This document shows, piece after piece, positions 47,130 to 60,800 of a DNA stretch of 64,000 nucleotides. The stretch covers positions 204,289-268,288 of the forward strand of contig CAJINV010000026.1 in the NCBI GenBank assembly GCA_905178155.1. Direction: 5' to 3'. Below the pieces are notes generated by a model, which saw only the letters and a program-made list of their open reading frames with translations, was not told where the DNA came from and made no database searches. The stretch comes from Amoebophrya sp. A120. Lineage: Eukaryota; Protista; Dinoflagellata. The position numbers were made by a program, and so were the translations under genes. Every line of letters begins with the position of its first letter. The first letter of the stretch is position 1.

Positions 47130-48809
47130 GGTGTGGTGTTAGTTTTTTTCACTTATTTACGGTTGAGTCTTATTGTTTGTAGAGATAATCCTGCAAGAGA
47201 TGCAAGGATTTATTCCCGAAGTGGAAGAAACCTTTTGCCTCTATCAAGCTCGTTCTGCTTTCCGAGCATGCCACTAGCTGTTCTCTCTTGTGGTATTTTT
47301 TCTCCTCTTCCCATGGTGATCAGAATCGACGCATCATCATACATGCAGCAAGTTTCTTGTTTAACCAAATAGAGAAAATTATTCCCAACGAGAGATGAAG
47401 CTGAGGCACTTGTTCCCGCCCGAATCGTGAAGCTACAAATATCGACAATTGTTCGATCACGTCGCTCTGTGCTGGACGATGACCAGCTATTCGCTCTTTT
47501 TCTCTCTCCTCGACTTGTCGTTCTGTATGCGAAGCTTGCGATCGGCTATATTCCAATGACGAGAACCAACAGTTTAGAGCGATCGAACCACGACAACCAT
47601 GTCAGTGACGCTTGTTCTACTCTAGGCTGTTGGCAAAGAATTCAGGAGTATCCATTCAACGATGTATGTCAAACAGTACCAGAAACGTTCCAGGCAGCTT
47701 TATTGTCTCCCTTCAAATTCTTCAACTCTGTCAGCTTTTCGAAAGTCCATAGTACTCACCTGTGCAGATGCATTTGCTGTATCAAATTCAAATCTACGTA
47801 TCGCGTCTAATATCAATCCATCCCAGTCGCCCGGTGTGCTAGTCCACACGGAAATGTTGCCAAAAGCAGAAGGAGCAACAAAGAATGCAGAAGTATTCAG
47901 TATAATCAGAAGTGGTCATGATGACACTGCATGCCCTTTCTTTGAGGGGTTCTTGCGAGGGTAGAACAGTTAGAAGTTGAGCCTGATGAATCTCCTCGTC
48001 TATTGCGTTAGTTCAGTACGGAAATGAAGTAAGTACTTTACTTAAAACCATCACTTTATTTGATAGTGAAATTTTATTGCGCTCCTGTTTGAACTTGAAG
48101 TTGAATTTTGTTGCGTTATCAGCTGCAAGATGGGCAAAAGTTTCTACCAATCCCTAATCCCCACCAGCAGTGGCAAAATTTGTGAAAAGTAGTACAAGGT
48201 GATTCAAGGTGACAATAAATTTGTGAAAATTAGTACCAGCAGTGGCAAAAACAAATGATCCAAGGTGAAAAGTAGTACAAGGATGTTGATGCGCAAGAAG
48301 CCTTTTCAATCCACTACAGCTGCAGAAACTACTTTGCAGCTTGAGTTTCATACGCCGGATAAAGCAAAATATATCAAGTGCTGATCGCGATTCGATTGAG
48401 AGTTCTGTTTTGATATCAAGAAATGCGCAACGTTTGAATCTGACCTGATGTTTGTTGTAGCCTGAAAAAAAAAGAAAGCGCGAAACACGACGGCGCAGCC
48501 ACCATAATTAAGTACAACCCCAGGCCGGTTTCACGAGCTGAGACCTTTGACAGAAAAAGCCAGCAATTTTCGAATGTAGCAATAATCTGAGACTGAGCAC
48601 AGATTATTGCTGGCGAGCCAGCAAAAGTTCTGTCACCTCACGGTCTAAGCTCGCACCATACGACTGAGAAATAAGGTAGATGACGCTTGAATTTTATACA
48701 ATATCTGCATCAGGAAGGAACTGAAACGCAAAGAAAAAAACCGTTGAAAAAAAAACGTCAATGCAGAAAAAAAAATTCTATCCGTTTCTGCACTTCCAGA
48801 CGTCTTTCA

Positions 48810-51800
48810 CTACTTCCCTTCCGCACCCCCGCCCTCCTCCGCAGTTTGCTCTCCACCCTGCGCTGACAGCTGTTGGTCTTTCTGCAAGCACAAAGCCTTT
48901 TCCACTGGGAAGAACGACAGGTTATGAATTGCAAAAGCACCGCACTAGTAGTAAAAATTTTTTGCAGTCACGCATGTACAAATCTTTGTCTTAAGAGGTA
49001 TATCCGCATTACAAGTTTCAACTGTAATGCTGAGGTAATTATTTGTAATGCAATTTATACTAAGTACGATGCTTTTGCAATGCATATAAGTCATCAGTCG
49101 ACAGCATTTTGTACACTGTTTGCTCTGGGCCGGTGAACGTCGTGGGGTCTTTCGAAAGGACGTAGAACAGGAAAAACAAGTAGTCCCACAGATTGTGTTC
49201 GTGTTTGATGTGTTCCTCGAAGGTCTGTGTTTGTGTTGTACTAGAGGAACTCCTCTTGTTGTTTTGCTTGTTACTCGTGATACCACTGTCCACGCTGGAA
49301 GAAGTAGCCTTGGCCTCCTTCATCGCTCGAATTTCCCGGAGTCGATGCTCGATTTCGCCGTGCGAAATGTTGCAGATGAAGCAGTAGTTCTGTAGGTGGT
49401 CCTGTCGGCTGTTCGTTTCGTCGCGCAGAGCGCCAAAAGTGTCGATGATGATACCGAAGATAATGTTCATCAGAACCACTTCGATGATCACGTAGAACAA
49501 CACGTCAAATGCGAAGCGGTTGTGAAACTCGTCGGCATTGGAAATGGGCAGCGTCGGGCCGGGCACCATAATGTATCCAACGAAGAAAGTGTTAAGTACA
49601 GTTACACACTTGTTGTGAATTCCGCAACACAAATTTCCTCTGCATGAGAGAGAAAACTTGCAATGCAGAAAACATATAGGGAAAACACGTATGAAGCAAC
49701 GCTCTTATGCATATCCGGCATGACAAACGTGTCTGTCTTGCATGGCCTGCAACACAATGTGTGACTGTAACACTTACACTTTTTTTCTTGCATATAATGT
49801 CGTAGGTTGTCACGAAAAACCAGGACAGCATCTCCGGCGTATCAACTGCAAAAATCCCTGGATGTCTGGAAGAGTCAAGGCTTGTCATGCACATTTTGCC
49901 TGACCCGTGAGGTCTGTGATGCTGGCGCTAGCATCACTGATTTTTTGAGAGCTTCTTGATGCTAATTACGCATGAGAAATGCAAGCCCTCTCCGCGTGCC
50001 AAGAACTGACTCCTGATGCTGCTCATGCAACACAGATCGTTTTAGAATCCGCAGACAGCATTACAAGTTCCACTCTTCCAGACCCAGGCATATTTGCAAT
50101 CCATACGGCGCGTTGCTGGCCCAATTAGAAGATGACTCGGACCCGGAACTACTTGTCATGCTCGAGCTGCTACCGCCGCCTGTTGTTCCTGCAGTTCCCA
50201 TCAGCTGCCGCGCTGCTGCTGCACTACTATGCGTATATTCATTGTTAACCGTCGCGACAGCGTTGCTTGTCGCTGGCGGAGCAGCCAAAACCGCAGAAGA
50301 ACCCTTCCCACCCGCTACTTGCGGCAACGTCCCTTTGCCGCCGATACTACTCGCCGACGCGGTAGTGGCGGCTGCGCTTCCACTTGAGGTGGTAGCTGTT
50401 CCAAACCCCATCGCCCCGTCTGCGTCCGGAGACGAAATCGAGAACGCGAGATATTCCGTGCCGAACCCCAGCGGACTGTAGGCGGTCAGGGCGAAGGCGT
50501 AGAGCACGATGGCCATCATCAACCCCGTGAACATCAATTGCTTCATGGGGTTTAACACCGCCCGGAACAGGTTCCGCATCACCTCGTGCGTGAAAAACAC
50601 GTCGAAGAGCATGAAGGCGTAGTAGTGCAGCCCCCTTTGCGGATCGTTCTATCGCAAGAAAAAATTGTTTCACTGTGAACTTGTAATGCAGAAAATTAAA
50701 GACGGAACTATTTGTCTTGCTAGACCACCTGCAAGACATTGGATTTTCAAGCATCTCCCTTGGCAAGCGCGCATGACAAATTTTTAGCGTCATGTGCAAC
50801 AAACTTGTGATGCAGATCTTGCAAAATCATCACAATGAAACAGCTTTTTCATGGGACACGTTCGTGGTCAGCGCCAATATTGACAGAATGAACAACACCA
50901 GCGCCCGCAACAGCGGTTCCTGCTTCGTTATCGTGATCAGGGACTTGACAAAAATCTTCGGAGAGTTGGTCGCGAACGTGCCGGACTTTTTCTTCTCACT
51001 CAGCTCCTATGAAAGTGCACAACTCCCCCTCCCCCTCATTTGTATTGCATGAACAGCATTACAAGCGTCAACAAGGATACAGGTTTTGCATGACAAATTT
51101 GGACAGGAGTGTAGTGCCATTTGAATTGCCAGAACTTGTCATGCAGACAGTGCCAAGAGGCAAGGCGTTAATTAGCTATTTTGCATGATAAATGAGGGGG
51201 AGGGGAAGTTGTGTATTGTCATACCTCCCAGTAGTTCGCGAGAAGCGCCAAGAAAATCGCGAGAAAGGCGAACGTGATGGCGTGCGAGCCGACCAAGTTG
51301 TTTCCGACCAGAATTGCGAGGATGATGGCCGAAAGGATTTGAAAAATAGAGTGGAAAAACTTGCCATAAGAGATTCCGGCCGTCATTGAATTTTGCTTTC
51401 TTCTGGACGAGGCAGAAGCAACTCCTGAGTTTGTCTCTTCGCACCACTTCTCCGTCTCCTCGTCGAACGCAATCGGAAAGTACAGCATCGCCCGAATAGA
51501 CAGTCGCATGCCGGCGATCAAAAGACTCAGGAACCCGAGGTCCCGGACGATTTTATCCGGAAAAAGCGTCACCTCGAAGGGCTCGGACTCAAATGCGCTG
51601 TAGTGGTGGTAGTGGTTATCGCAAGAAAAAAGTGTTACAGTTACACATTGTCATGCAAGACTAGCAACAGAGACAACCTTTCTCATGCAGGAAATGCTTC
51701 GAAGCCTCGTTTCCTTCCTGTTTTCCCTTATGATCTTCGCATTACAAGTTTTCTCTGCCACACAGAGAAAATTTGTGATGCAGAAACTCCAACAAATGTG

Positions 51801-54800
51801 TAACTGTAACACTTTTTTCTCGTGATAGTGGTGCTCAGCCCCCGAACCAAAAAAAAGCGACCCGAAAAACCCGGTGTTTTCTGCGTACGCTTCTTCTTTC
51901 TCGCTCAACCTCGGTTCCGCGCGCACGAAGGACTTCGGGAAGAGAAGGGAAAAGAAGTTATCCACAATCACACCCGGTTATGCATTGCAAATGTATGATC
52001 TGGGTCTGGAGACGTGTGATGCTAATTTAGGATTTGTGGGGAAACTGCATTAGGAAGCCACGCGTGACAAGGTTCTGGGCTCCTTCGTGTTTCGCTTTCC
52101 GCATGACAAACTACATTTTTGTCTGACAGGCAAGAGGTTCTTTTCCTGCTCACGCATTACAGATTCAAGATTCATGTGAGACAAGCATGACAAACTTGCA
52201 CTCTTCCAGACCCAGACATATTTGCAATGCATATCGGTAAGTGAAACTGGTACGTCACTGGTGCGTTGCTGTATCCTCTTGTCCGGTTTAACGTGCAGAT
52301 CAAAACTAAGTTGATCACTAACGCGATCATCAAGCTCAGCCAGATCAGGAATTGCAGATTTTTCTGTTCGTTCCGGAAGAAGAAGTGTAACGGGTGGAAG
52401 TGTAAAAAATCCGCCGGCAATGACATCACCGGTAGGGGAATGTCCACCTTCAACGTCGAAAGCGACTGGGTAGCCTGGCATTCCCGCAGCACCCGTTTTC
52501 CGAAGTCGCACAGAAATTGCAGCTTCGTCTGCGGGTTCGTCACTGGGACGGAAGTGAGGAGCTCTCTCTTCGTAGATTGCAACGCGTACTTGCAAGCAAG
52601 GGGCTTGACGAAGAAGAGCCGGGAAATTTTGTTGTCCGCGTTTGAGAGACACACTTCGACTCCCGCGGTGAGGGAGAAGAAAAAATCATACGCCGTGTCG
52701 TAAAGCAAATCTATCGCGGTCGAAGAGGTGATTGCGGTTCCAGTTGCACCAGGAATAACCTCGTTGTCGCTACTAGTAGTTGAGGTCCCCGTTGGCGCCA
52801 CCGCGGCTAAGAAGTGTTCCGTCATCGGCTCTCGGTGGGATCCATCATGCAATGCAAATATCACTGCGTCTGGAGACTTGTGTTGCTGACACTGGCGTTG
52901 CAGATTGACTACTTGTAGAGCATAACAGCATGAGAAGTTTATATTTTTCGTAGATTGTTGTAATTGCGCAGTCATTGTCTTCATTCAGGAAACGCACGAG
53001 AAACTGACTTCTTGCAGCACGACAACAAATTGGCCCATCGTTTTCATGCATGACAGATCTTCCTGTCCTCTAGCTCTGGCATGACAAATCCAGATCCAGC
53101 AATATTTGCGATGCATATCCGATTCCAATGTACGTATTGGCGATCAGGTCCATGTATCAACTGTAAAAATGTCTGGGTCTGGAAGATCGCGAGATTTGTC
53201 ATGCTTGTCTGGCATGACCAAAAAGTTTGTGATGCGTGCCCAAGACGAGACCCTTTTGCCTGTCATGCAAAGGCGAGGTTTGTCATGCGAAAAACGCAAC
53301 CCAAAGAAGCGCAGATATTTCTCATGCTGCCTGTGCATTACAGAGCATTCACTATTCCCAACGCAGCATTACAAGTTTCCAGACCCAGACATTTTTGCAG
53401 TTGATACCATGTTCCGGAGCAAAATCACCAAGTCCAATATTGTGAGGAAAACTCCCCCCCCATATCAGAAAGGAAATCTGTGATGCTGTATTTGCATACA
53501 CAAGCCGCGTTGTAGTGCTAGAAGGCCAAGAGACGCAGTTGCGGCCTCGCTTGCAGGTAGTCTGTTATGCTGTTTTGCGCTTCCAGTTGCTCCCTGTCAT
53601 GCTGAAGATGCAAGGGCTTCCAACCCCAGCCAGTACCACAGTCCGCATCTCTTCGGTTCTAGCATGGCAACGTGATTTGTCATCACAAACTATGCTACAC
53701 AAATCCCCGTTTTGACATAGGGAGGGGAGATTTTTCATTTTGCTATCCAACGCCTCGCCAATGGACGTGCGCAGATCGTCATCGGAGGAGAAGGAGAGCT
53801 CCCCGTATATACATTGCAAATATGTCTGGGTCTGGATGAAACTTGTCATGCTAATGTTCGAATGAAACGGACACTGTATGGCGGAGCCGCGCATGACAGG
53901 TTTCTGGGTAGCAGCTACGTCTAGCGTTAATCGCATGACAAATGTCCTTTTTGCATGGCAAACACGTGGCGCTGTAGCGCAACAAACATGACAGACTTTT
54001 GTGCATTGCCGGCCGAGCATGACAAGTTTGCATTGTTCCAGACCCAGACATTTTCGCAGTTGATACAGTAGGCTTTCTTGCACTTCTCCACCTTCCACTT
54101 AACCAAGTCCAGGAGCTCTTCCTGGGTAGAAGTGGACGATGAAGAAGAGGATGCAACGCTGCTCGCGCTACTTGCCATGCTGACCTGCAACAGGTCTTCC
54201 AGCAAATTTCCGTCGTAGTCGCAGTTTTCTTGCAGAAATTTCACGTAGTGAAAGAAGATCCGCTTTTTCACCGTGATCGGATCCATATCAAATGCAAAAG
54301 TGTCTGGGTCTGGAACAAAGCAACTTGTCATGCCAAATCTAAATCATGTAAAAATCTGTGTTGCGTGATTACCCAAAGCTGTCTACTTTTGATCTAATCG
54401 AGAGGCAGTTTCTCATGCAGGATAAGCATGATAGAACTCTCACAGAGTCTGTCATGCTATGTCCTACATACCAGACCTCATCGGTCATGGAAAACCCGCA
54501 TGACAAACCTGGCAATCTTTCAGACCCAGACATTTTTGCAGTTGATAATCCAACCGGATCGCCAAGATCCGGACGGACACCGCGTCCGTCCGGATTTCTA
54601 TATCAAATGTAAAAATGTCTGGGTCTGGAAGATTCTAAACTTGTGATGCTGTCTCTGCATTCTAAAAAAATCTGTACTGCATGATCAGCAAGAGGGGTCC
54701 AGTTTGTGCTACATGGAGAGGGCATCTCTCATGCGGGATAGGCATCAGAAAGCCCACTAAAAATCTGTGATGCCAGGTCATCCATTACAGGCGTCCCGGG

Positions 54801-57800
54801 TCATGTAAAATCTGCATGACAAGTGTGGCATTCTTCCAGACCCAGACACTTTTGCGTTTGATAATCTAGCAGCGCGTTTAGAAGGGTCGCTGCGGACTGC
54901 TTGAGCATCAAAACGATCTCCGCTTCCGGTAATGGGCTGTCAACAGTGTATCAAAGTGAAAAAAGCCCCCACCCCATACTCAAAAGAGAACCTGCGTTGC
55001 CGGATTTGTGTACACAAACGCAAGCCGTATAGCAAGAAGAGGCAATCCACCGCGCCCCGACCTGTCCCGAGCCTGAAGAATGAAGAAGAGGCAATCCGGC
55101 GCGCCCCGAACCGCCCCGAACCTGAAGAAGAGACAAGCCGGCGCGCCCCGAACCGCCCGGAACCTGGAGAGGAGGCAATCCGACGCGCCCCGAACCGCCA
55201 CGAACCTGGAGCAGAGGCAATCCGGCGCGCCCCGAACCGCCCCGAACCTCAAGCAGTGGCAATCTGGCGCGCCCCGCACCGCCCCGAACCTCAAGAAGAG
55301 GCAAGCCGGCGCGCCCCGAACTCAGACAAGCGCGAAGCCGGGCCGCCCCGAACTGCCTCGAACCTGAAGAAGAGGCAAGCCGGCGCGCCGCGCCCGTGCG
55401 CGCGTGCCAACTAAAAAAGACACGCACACCATAGCCGCTGGCGTCCTCGATTTCGTGCGCGCGCGCATAAAAGACTGGCTGCACACTCCGCCGCATGGGT
55501 ACCGTTTGCCTTTTACGCAAGACAGAGCTGATTTGTGGTCACAACTCATTTGTGGTCACAAATCAGCATCACAAAATTCTTTTCGATATGGGGAGGGGAG
55601 ATTTTTCCTCACAATACAGTGTCTTGGATTTCAGGCAGGATTGAGCAGGTGAAAAGGTCGGATTTTGTTATCGCCGCGACCAGTTGCATTGTAGATGCCC
55701 CCTCCGCATCGTCCTCTTCGTTAATATTTGTCGTGTTTCTTTTCTTCTTCTTACTCGAAGTTGCAAACTTTCCAGCACTTCCGTCGTAGTAAAAATCCTG
55801 CCCTTCTTTCTCCTCCTTGCTCACGACGTCTAAAAACGTGAACCGCGAGTTCAAAATTCGGTCCAAAGTTTCTACCAACCCGCCGTGGAACAGGATCTGC
55901 TCCTGATTCGCCGAACACGGGCCCTGGGACAGCTCGACGAGGAAGTCCAAGGACTGCTGCAGGTTCTGCGCGGTTAGGACGTCCATCAAATAGATTTCCA
56001 CGTTTGCGGAGGTGGTTGCTTTCTTCTTCCCAGATGTTCCACTAGAAGTTGTTGTACCTGGATTATTGTTCCCTGCACCCCCCACGCCGTGCCCGACCAT
56101 TTTGCACACCAAATCGCAGCAGGTCTGGATGATTGGAATCGACTCACTGTTGTCCGCCTGCTCCCGGAGGTATTCCTGCATCCAGGAGTTGTGCCCTTCG
56201 CATAACAACTGCAAAAACCGCTGGCACTTGATCAACAACTCCATTGCTTGGTTGATGGTGTAGATGAAGGTTTTGTCGCCGATGCGCAACGTCTCCATCG
56301 TCTCTAATTCGTTGAACAACCGTTGTTTGATCAACTTAAACTCCTTATCCAATGCAAAAATGTCTGGGTCTGGAAGAATGCAACTTGTAATGCTAGCTCT
56401 CCATACCTAGGAAATCTGTATTGCATAGCCAACAAAAGTCGCAGCCTCTTTTGGATACGCAAAAACGCAGTTGCTCATGCGGCTTTCCTATGCGAAAGCG
56501 TTCTGAAAAGTTGTCATGCTGTGTTGCATTCGGAACCGTTTCCATCATCCACATTTTAGCATCACAAGCTTCCAGACCCAGACATGTTTGCAATCCATAC
56601 TCCTTCAACCGATGCAAAACCCGGTTGAAAATCCGGTGCATGTTATCGTACGAAAAGACTGTCTCAATCTCAAATCTTTGCAGACTCAGCAATACAAATT
56701 TGCTCAGCATGACAAGGAAAACCTGTGCTGCGCAATATGCAAAAGAAAACACGTAGAGAGTGCCCTTTTCTTGCATGTCGAGCATGACAAAAAAACTGTC
56801 TCAAGGAATTTCCGCATTACAAATTGAGACTAAGACACTTTTTCCTTGCGATACATGTTGCGGAAAAAGACCACATCGTCGGAGGATTCAAAGTACTCCT
56901 GAAACCCGTTCTGCACGGCTCTATTCCCTCCGTCTAGTAAAGCGATGGAAAGCTGCAGAGCGTTCAAATACACGTCATACGGTTATGACATTACACAACT
57001 CCCCCTCCCCCTCATTTGTCATGCAAAACGCCAAATCCACGCCTTGCTGTTTGGCACCAAATGCATGACCACACGTTCGCGATGCCCAAACCGCATTACA
57101 GTCCGTACGCTGATTTGTCATGCGACAGCCACATTTGTGCCATTGATTGTGATGCCGGTTATGGTACACACACGAGGGGGAGGGGGAGTTGTGCATTCTC
57201 ATAACGGTGCGTGGGAATCGAGAACCGAGGCGGCGAATTTCACGCCGTTTTGCTGGAGAATTTCGTTTTGCCTCGCCGCGTTCGGTTCTGCCGGGTTGGA
57301 GTCGGTGCTGGTGCTATCGCCACCTGCTTGCTCTACACCGTCTGTACCACTCCCGTCAGAGTCCGTCAGCCACTTATCAGAAGGAAAAATCCACCCTCCC
57401 CATATTGAAAACGCATCCGTCTGTGAATTTGTAATGCAGATTTGTGGCTACGAATCCTGTCCGTCTTGCAAGAAGGCAAGCCCAGAGAGTCCGCCGCATT
57501 ATGCGGGCGGTTTGTGATGCTGTTGGGCTTACAGCATCAACCTCTGTCATGCTAGTCGCCTACGTCGAAACCTCTCGACTCAGGCTCGGCATATGCCTGC
57601 AGTCCTCTCCAGCACGACAGACCTTATTTGCGTACGCAAATCCAGCATCAGAAACTTCGTTTCGATATGGGGAGGGGGGATTTTTCTCTTTGATACCACT
57701 GGGTTGTCAACTTCAACACCTCATCCACCAATTCCCACCGGCATAACTGTATCGCAAGAAAAAACTGTTTCACTGTGAACTTGTGATGCAGAAAGTAGAT

Positions 57801-60800
57801 CGCAGAACTGTGTGTCATGCTACACATGCAAGACGATGGATTTCTAGCTGTGTTTTCCCTTACGATCCCCGCATGACAGATTTTTAGTGTCATGCGTAAC
57901 AAACTTGTGATGCAGATTTCGCACAACCACCACAGTGAAACAGTTTTTTCGTGGGATAAACTGGACATTAGAAATGCTGTGGGTGATCAGAGTCCCCAAA
58001 TACTTCTCGTAGTCGTAGCTGCTGGACCCACTCGCCTGTATAGCCCGCTGGACCGCTTCGTGGGCTTTGATTTCCGCGATAAACGCTATAAACGTGCACA
58101 ACCCCCCCTCCCCCTCATTTGGATGGCATCCGTAGCAACACAAGTCCTGGCACAGATGCAGCTTTTGCATGACAAACTTGCGACTGCTTGTACGTAGTGC
58201 TGTTTCGGCTTCGGGAATCTGTCATGCAAGCAATGCCACAGGGCAAAGGGTGGATTTGGTATTTTGCATGACAAATGAGGGGAAGGGGGAGTTGTGCACT
58301 GTCATAAATGCGCGAAACTTTGTCGTCATCAGAGTGGACTGCTCAACCACCGACGGCTGTGCTCCTGCATCAGCCGATAAGCCGGAATTATCTGCGCCAC
58401 CTTGTCCGTCCTGTTGTTCCCCGATGCTCTGCAGCGTTGCGGTTTCCAACAACGCCTGCAGCTGCAACACCTTCGCACTGAAGTCCGTGACCGACGCGGC
58501 GGCCTGCGCGACAATCTTCTCTTCTGTCGTTGTTTTCGACAAAGCGAGGCTTTATCAAATGCGAAAGCGTCTGGGTCTGGAAGATTGCCACGTTTGTCAT
58601 GCATATTTTGAATGACCCATGATGTCTGTGATGCATGCTCTAGCATGGCAGATTTTCAGAGGGCTTTGTGATGCTTCAACCGCATGAGAAATGCCCTCCC
58701 CGTGTAGCGCAAACTGAACTCCCTTTGCTAGTCATGCAATACAAATTTTTTTGGAACCCAAAGACAGCATCACAAGTTGCAACCTTCCAGACCCACACAT
58801 TTTTACAGTTGATAGGTTTATATCGCGAAAGGATTGCACCGACGCCACCGCCCGCTGCTCCAGGATTTGCCGTATGAATTGCAAAAGTGTCTGGGTCTGG
58901 AAACTTGTGATGCTGAGTGGCGTATCATGAGGAGGCCACAAGTGCTCGCTCAGCATGACAAGTTTCTGAGCTTCTAGGTGTTGCCTATTCTGCATGACAA
59001 ACTGCGTTTCTGCATGACATAGAAATGGCGCTCTTGGGTAACGTGCATGACAGATTTGAGCCTCATGCCAGACAAGCATGACAAACATGCACTCTTCCAG
59101 ACCCAGACGTTTTTACATTTGATATGCCGGTAGAAAACCGATTGCTCCACTTGGCGCGACCGCTTGGCCGGTTTGGTGGTTGATGGACCTCCCAAGTTGT
59201 TTATCTGCGCAAGAGCCGCCGGTTGAGATAAATTGCCGGCACTTCCTGCTACCATCAGCCCCAGCTCTTGTTCCAAACCGTCCTCGTCTGCCGGGTGTAA
59301 AATGGTCAACACATTCTGGATCTCCAACACAGTGGAATACACCTCCGGAAACTCCTGTTTCAGAACCGACGCCACTTTGTTCTTCACAGACAGTTGATAT
59401 CCTCCAGCCCTACTATCAAAAGGAAAAATCCCCCCTCCCCATTTATCAAAACGGAAATCTGTGATGCGGGACTCGTATACACAAATCAAATCTGTCTTGC
59501 AGTAGATGACTGCACGCAGATCGCTAGGCTAGGAAGGGGCCGCTCGGTGTAGGCGCCTAGCATAGCAGACGTCTGCCCTGTAGGCCTTAGAGCATGACAA
59601 ATCTCGCGCATAACGCGGCGGCCTCTCTGCGTTTGCCTTCCTGCAAGACAGACAGGATTTGTGGTCACAAATCTGCATCACAAATTTTCAGACGGATACG
59701 TTTTTAATATGGGGACGGGGGATTTTTCCTTGCAATATCTACTTCCGCCACCTGTAGTCCCACCTTTCCGCCCAACCACGTCCATGAAGGGTTTGATTAG
59801 GTGAAAGCAGATTTTCTGCACCGGGAGTTCGAAAACCGATCCGCGAAGTAGTTTTCCACTATTCAAATCCACCGCGTACTTGTTTTTCCGGTAGATGTAC
59901 TCGAGAAATGTGTTCAAAAAGGAAAAACACTGCGCAAAGTACTCCTTCGCCTGAAATGACAACTCCAGCTTCGCGGCCGGCTGCAGCCTCTGCTCCAATT
60001 TCGTCATGGTGATCCGAACCTGCTCGGGGATCGCCGTGCACGGCATCCGCTCGTTGTTCGCTAGATTGATGGTTTTGCTATCAATGAAGTCGGAGACTGT
60101 GGTGTCTAAGTACACCAAAAACTCCTCCAAATCCCGAATAACGTAGTCGACTACCGCGAAAATCAAATTCGTGTTCTCCTTCTCGGAAGCAGTACTTCTA
60201 CCTTGAGGGTCTTGTGTCGTGGAGGAAGCGTCTTTATTCATCCCGGTCGCCGAAGATGTTGTTGATGAGCTACTTTTCGCGTTCAACAACGTCTCATCGT
60301 CCCGGACTTCGCAGTCGTAGTACGCTTGCTGGAGGCAATACAGCTGAGTCTGTTTCAGCTCCAAGCAAATCGGAATCACCGGCGACGCAGGATCCTCTTC
60401 GACTGTGGAAAACAGAAACTGGGACAAGCACACGAAGTCCAACAAAATCACGTTCGCAGGAAGCAACGCGTGGACCAGAGTTTCGTGCAGGGAGTCTCTG
60501 CCCAGGGAGAGCTTCCCGATCAGTTTCAAAAACTCGAGGTAGTACAGAATCCGTGTCGTCGCGGCTGCACTGTTGTTCGTCGAGTTACCACCTCCGGAAG
60601 ATGTAGGTGATTGTTGCAGCATCAGCGACCGTTGCACCATTCCCACCCCAGCGGCGGCAGCGTTCGTTCCTTGTGCCTGTTGTAACGTCTGACCGTTCAC
60701 AAAAGCCAAAACGTCGTCCTGGATTTGCAACACTCTGTCGGTGTTCGCCTGCTTCTTCCCGTAGACCTCTGGTAACAGCGCAGAAGTGTTTGTCATTGTT

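Noticed and set aside
54932-55520. Repeat-protein ORFs (RRAPNRPEPEEE...)
   Set aside because: They come from a 42-bp minisatellite inside an intron.
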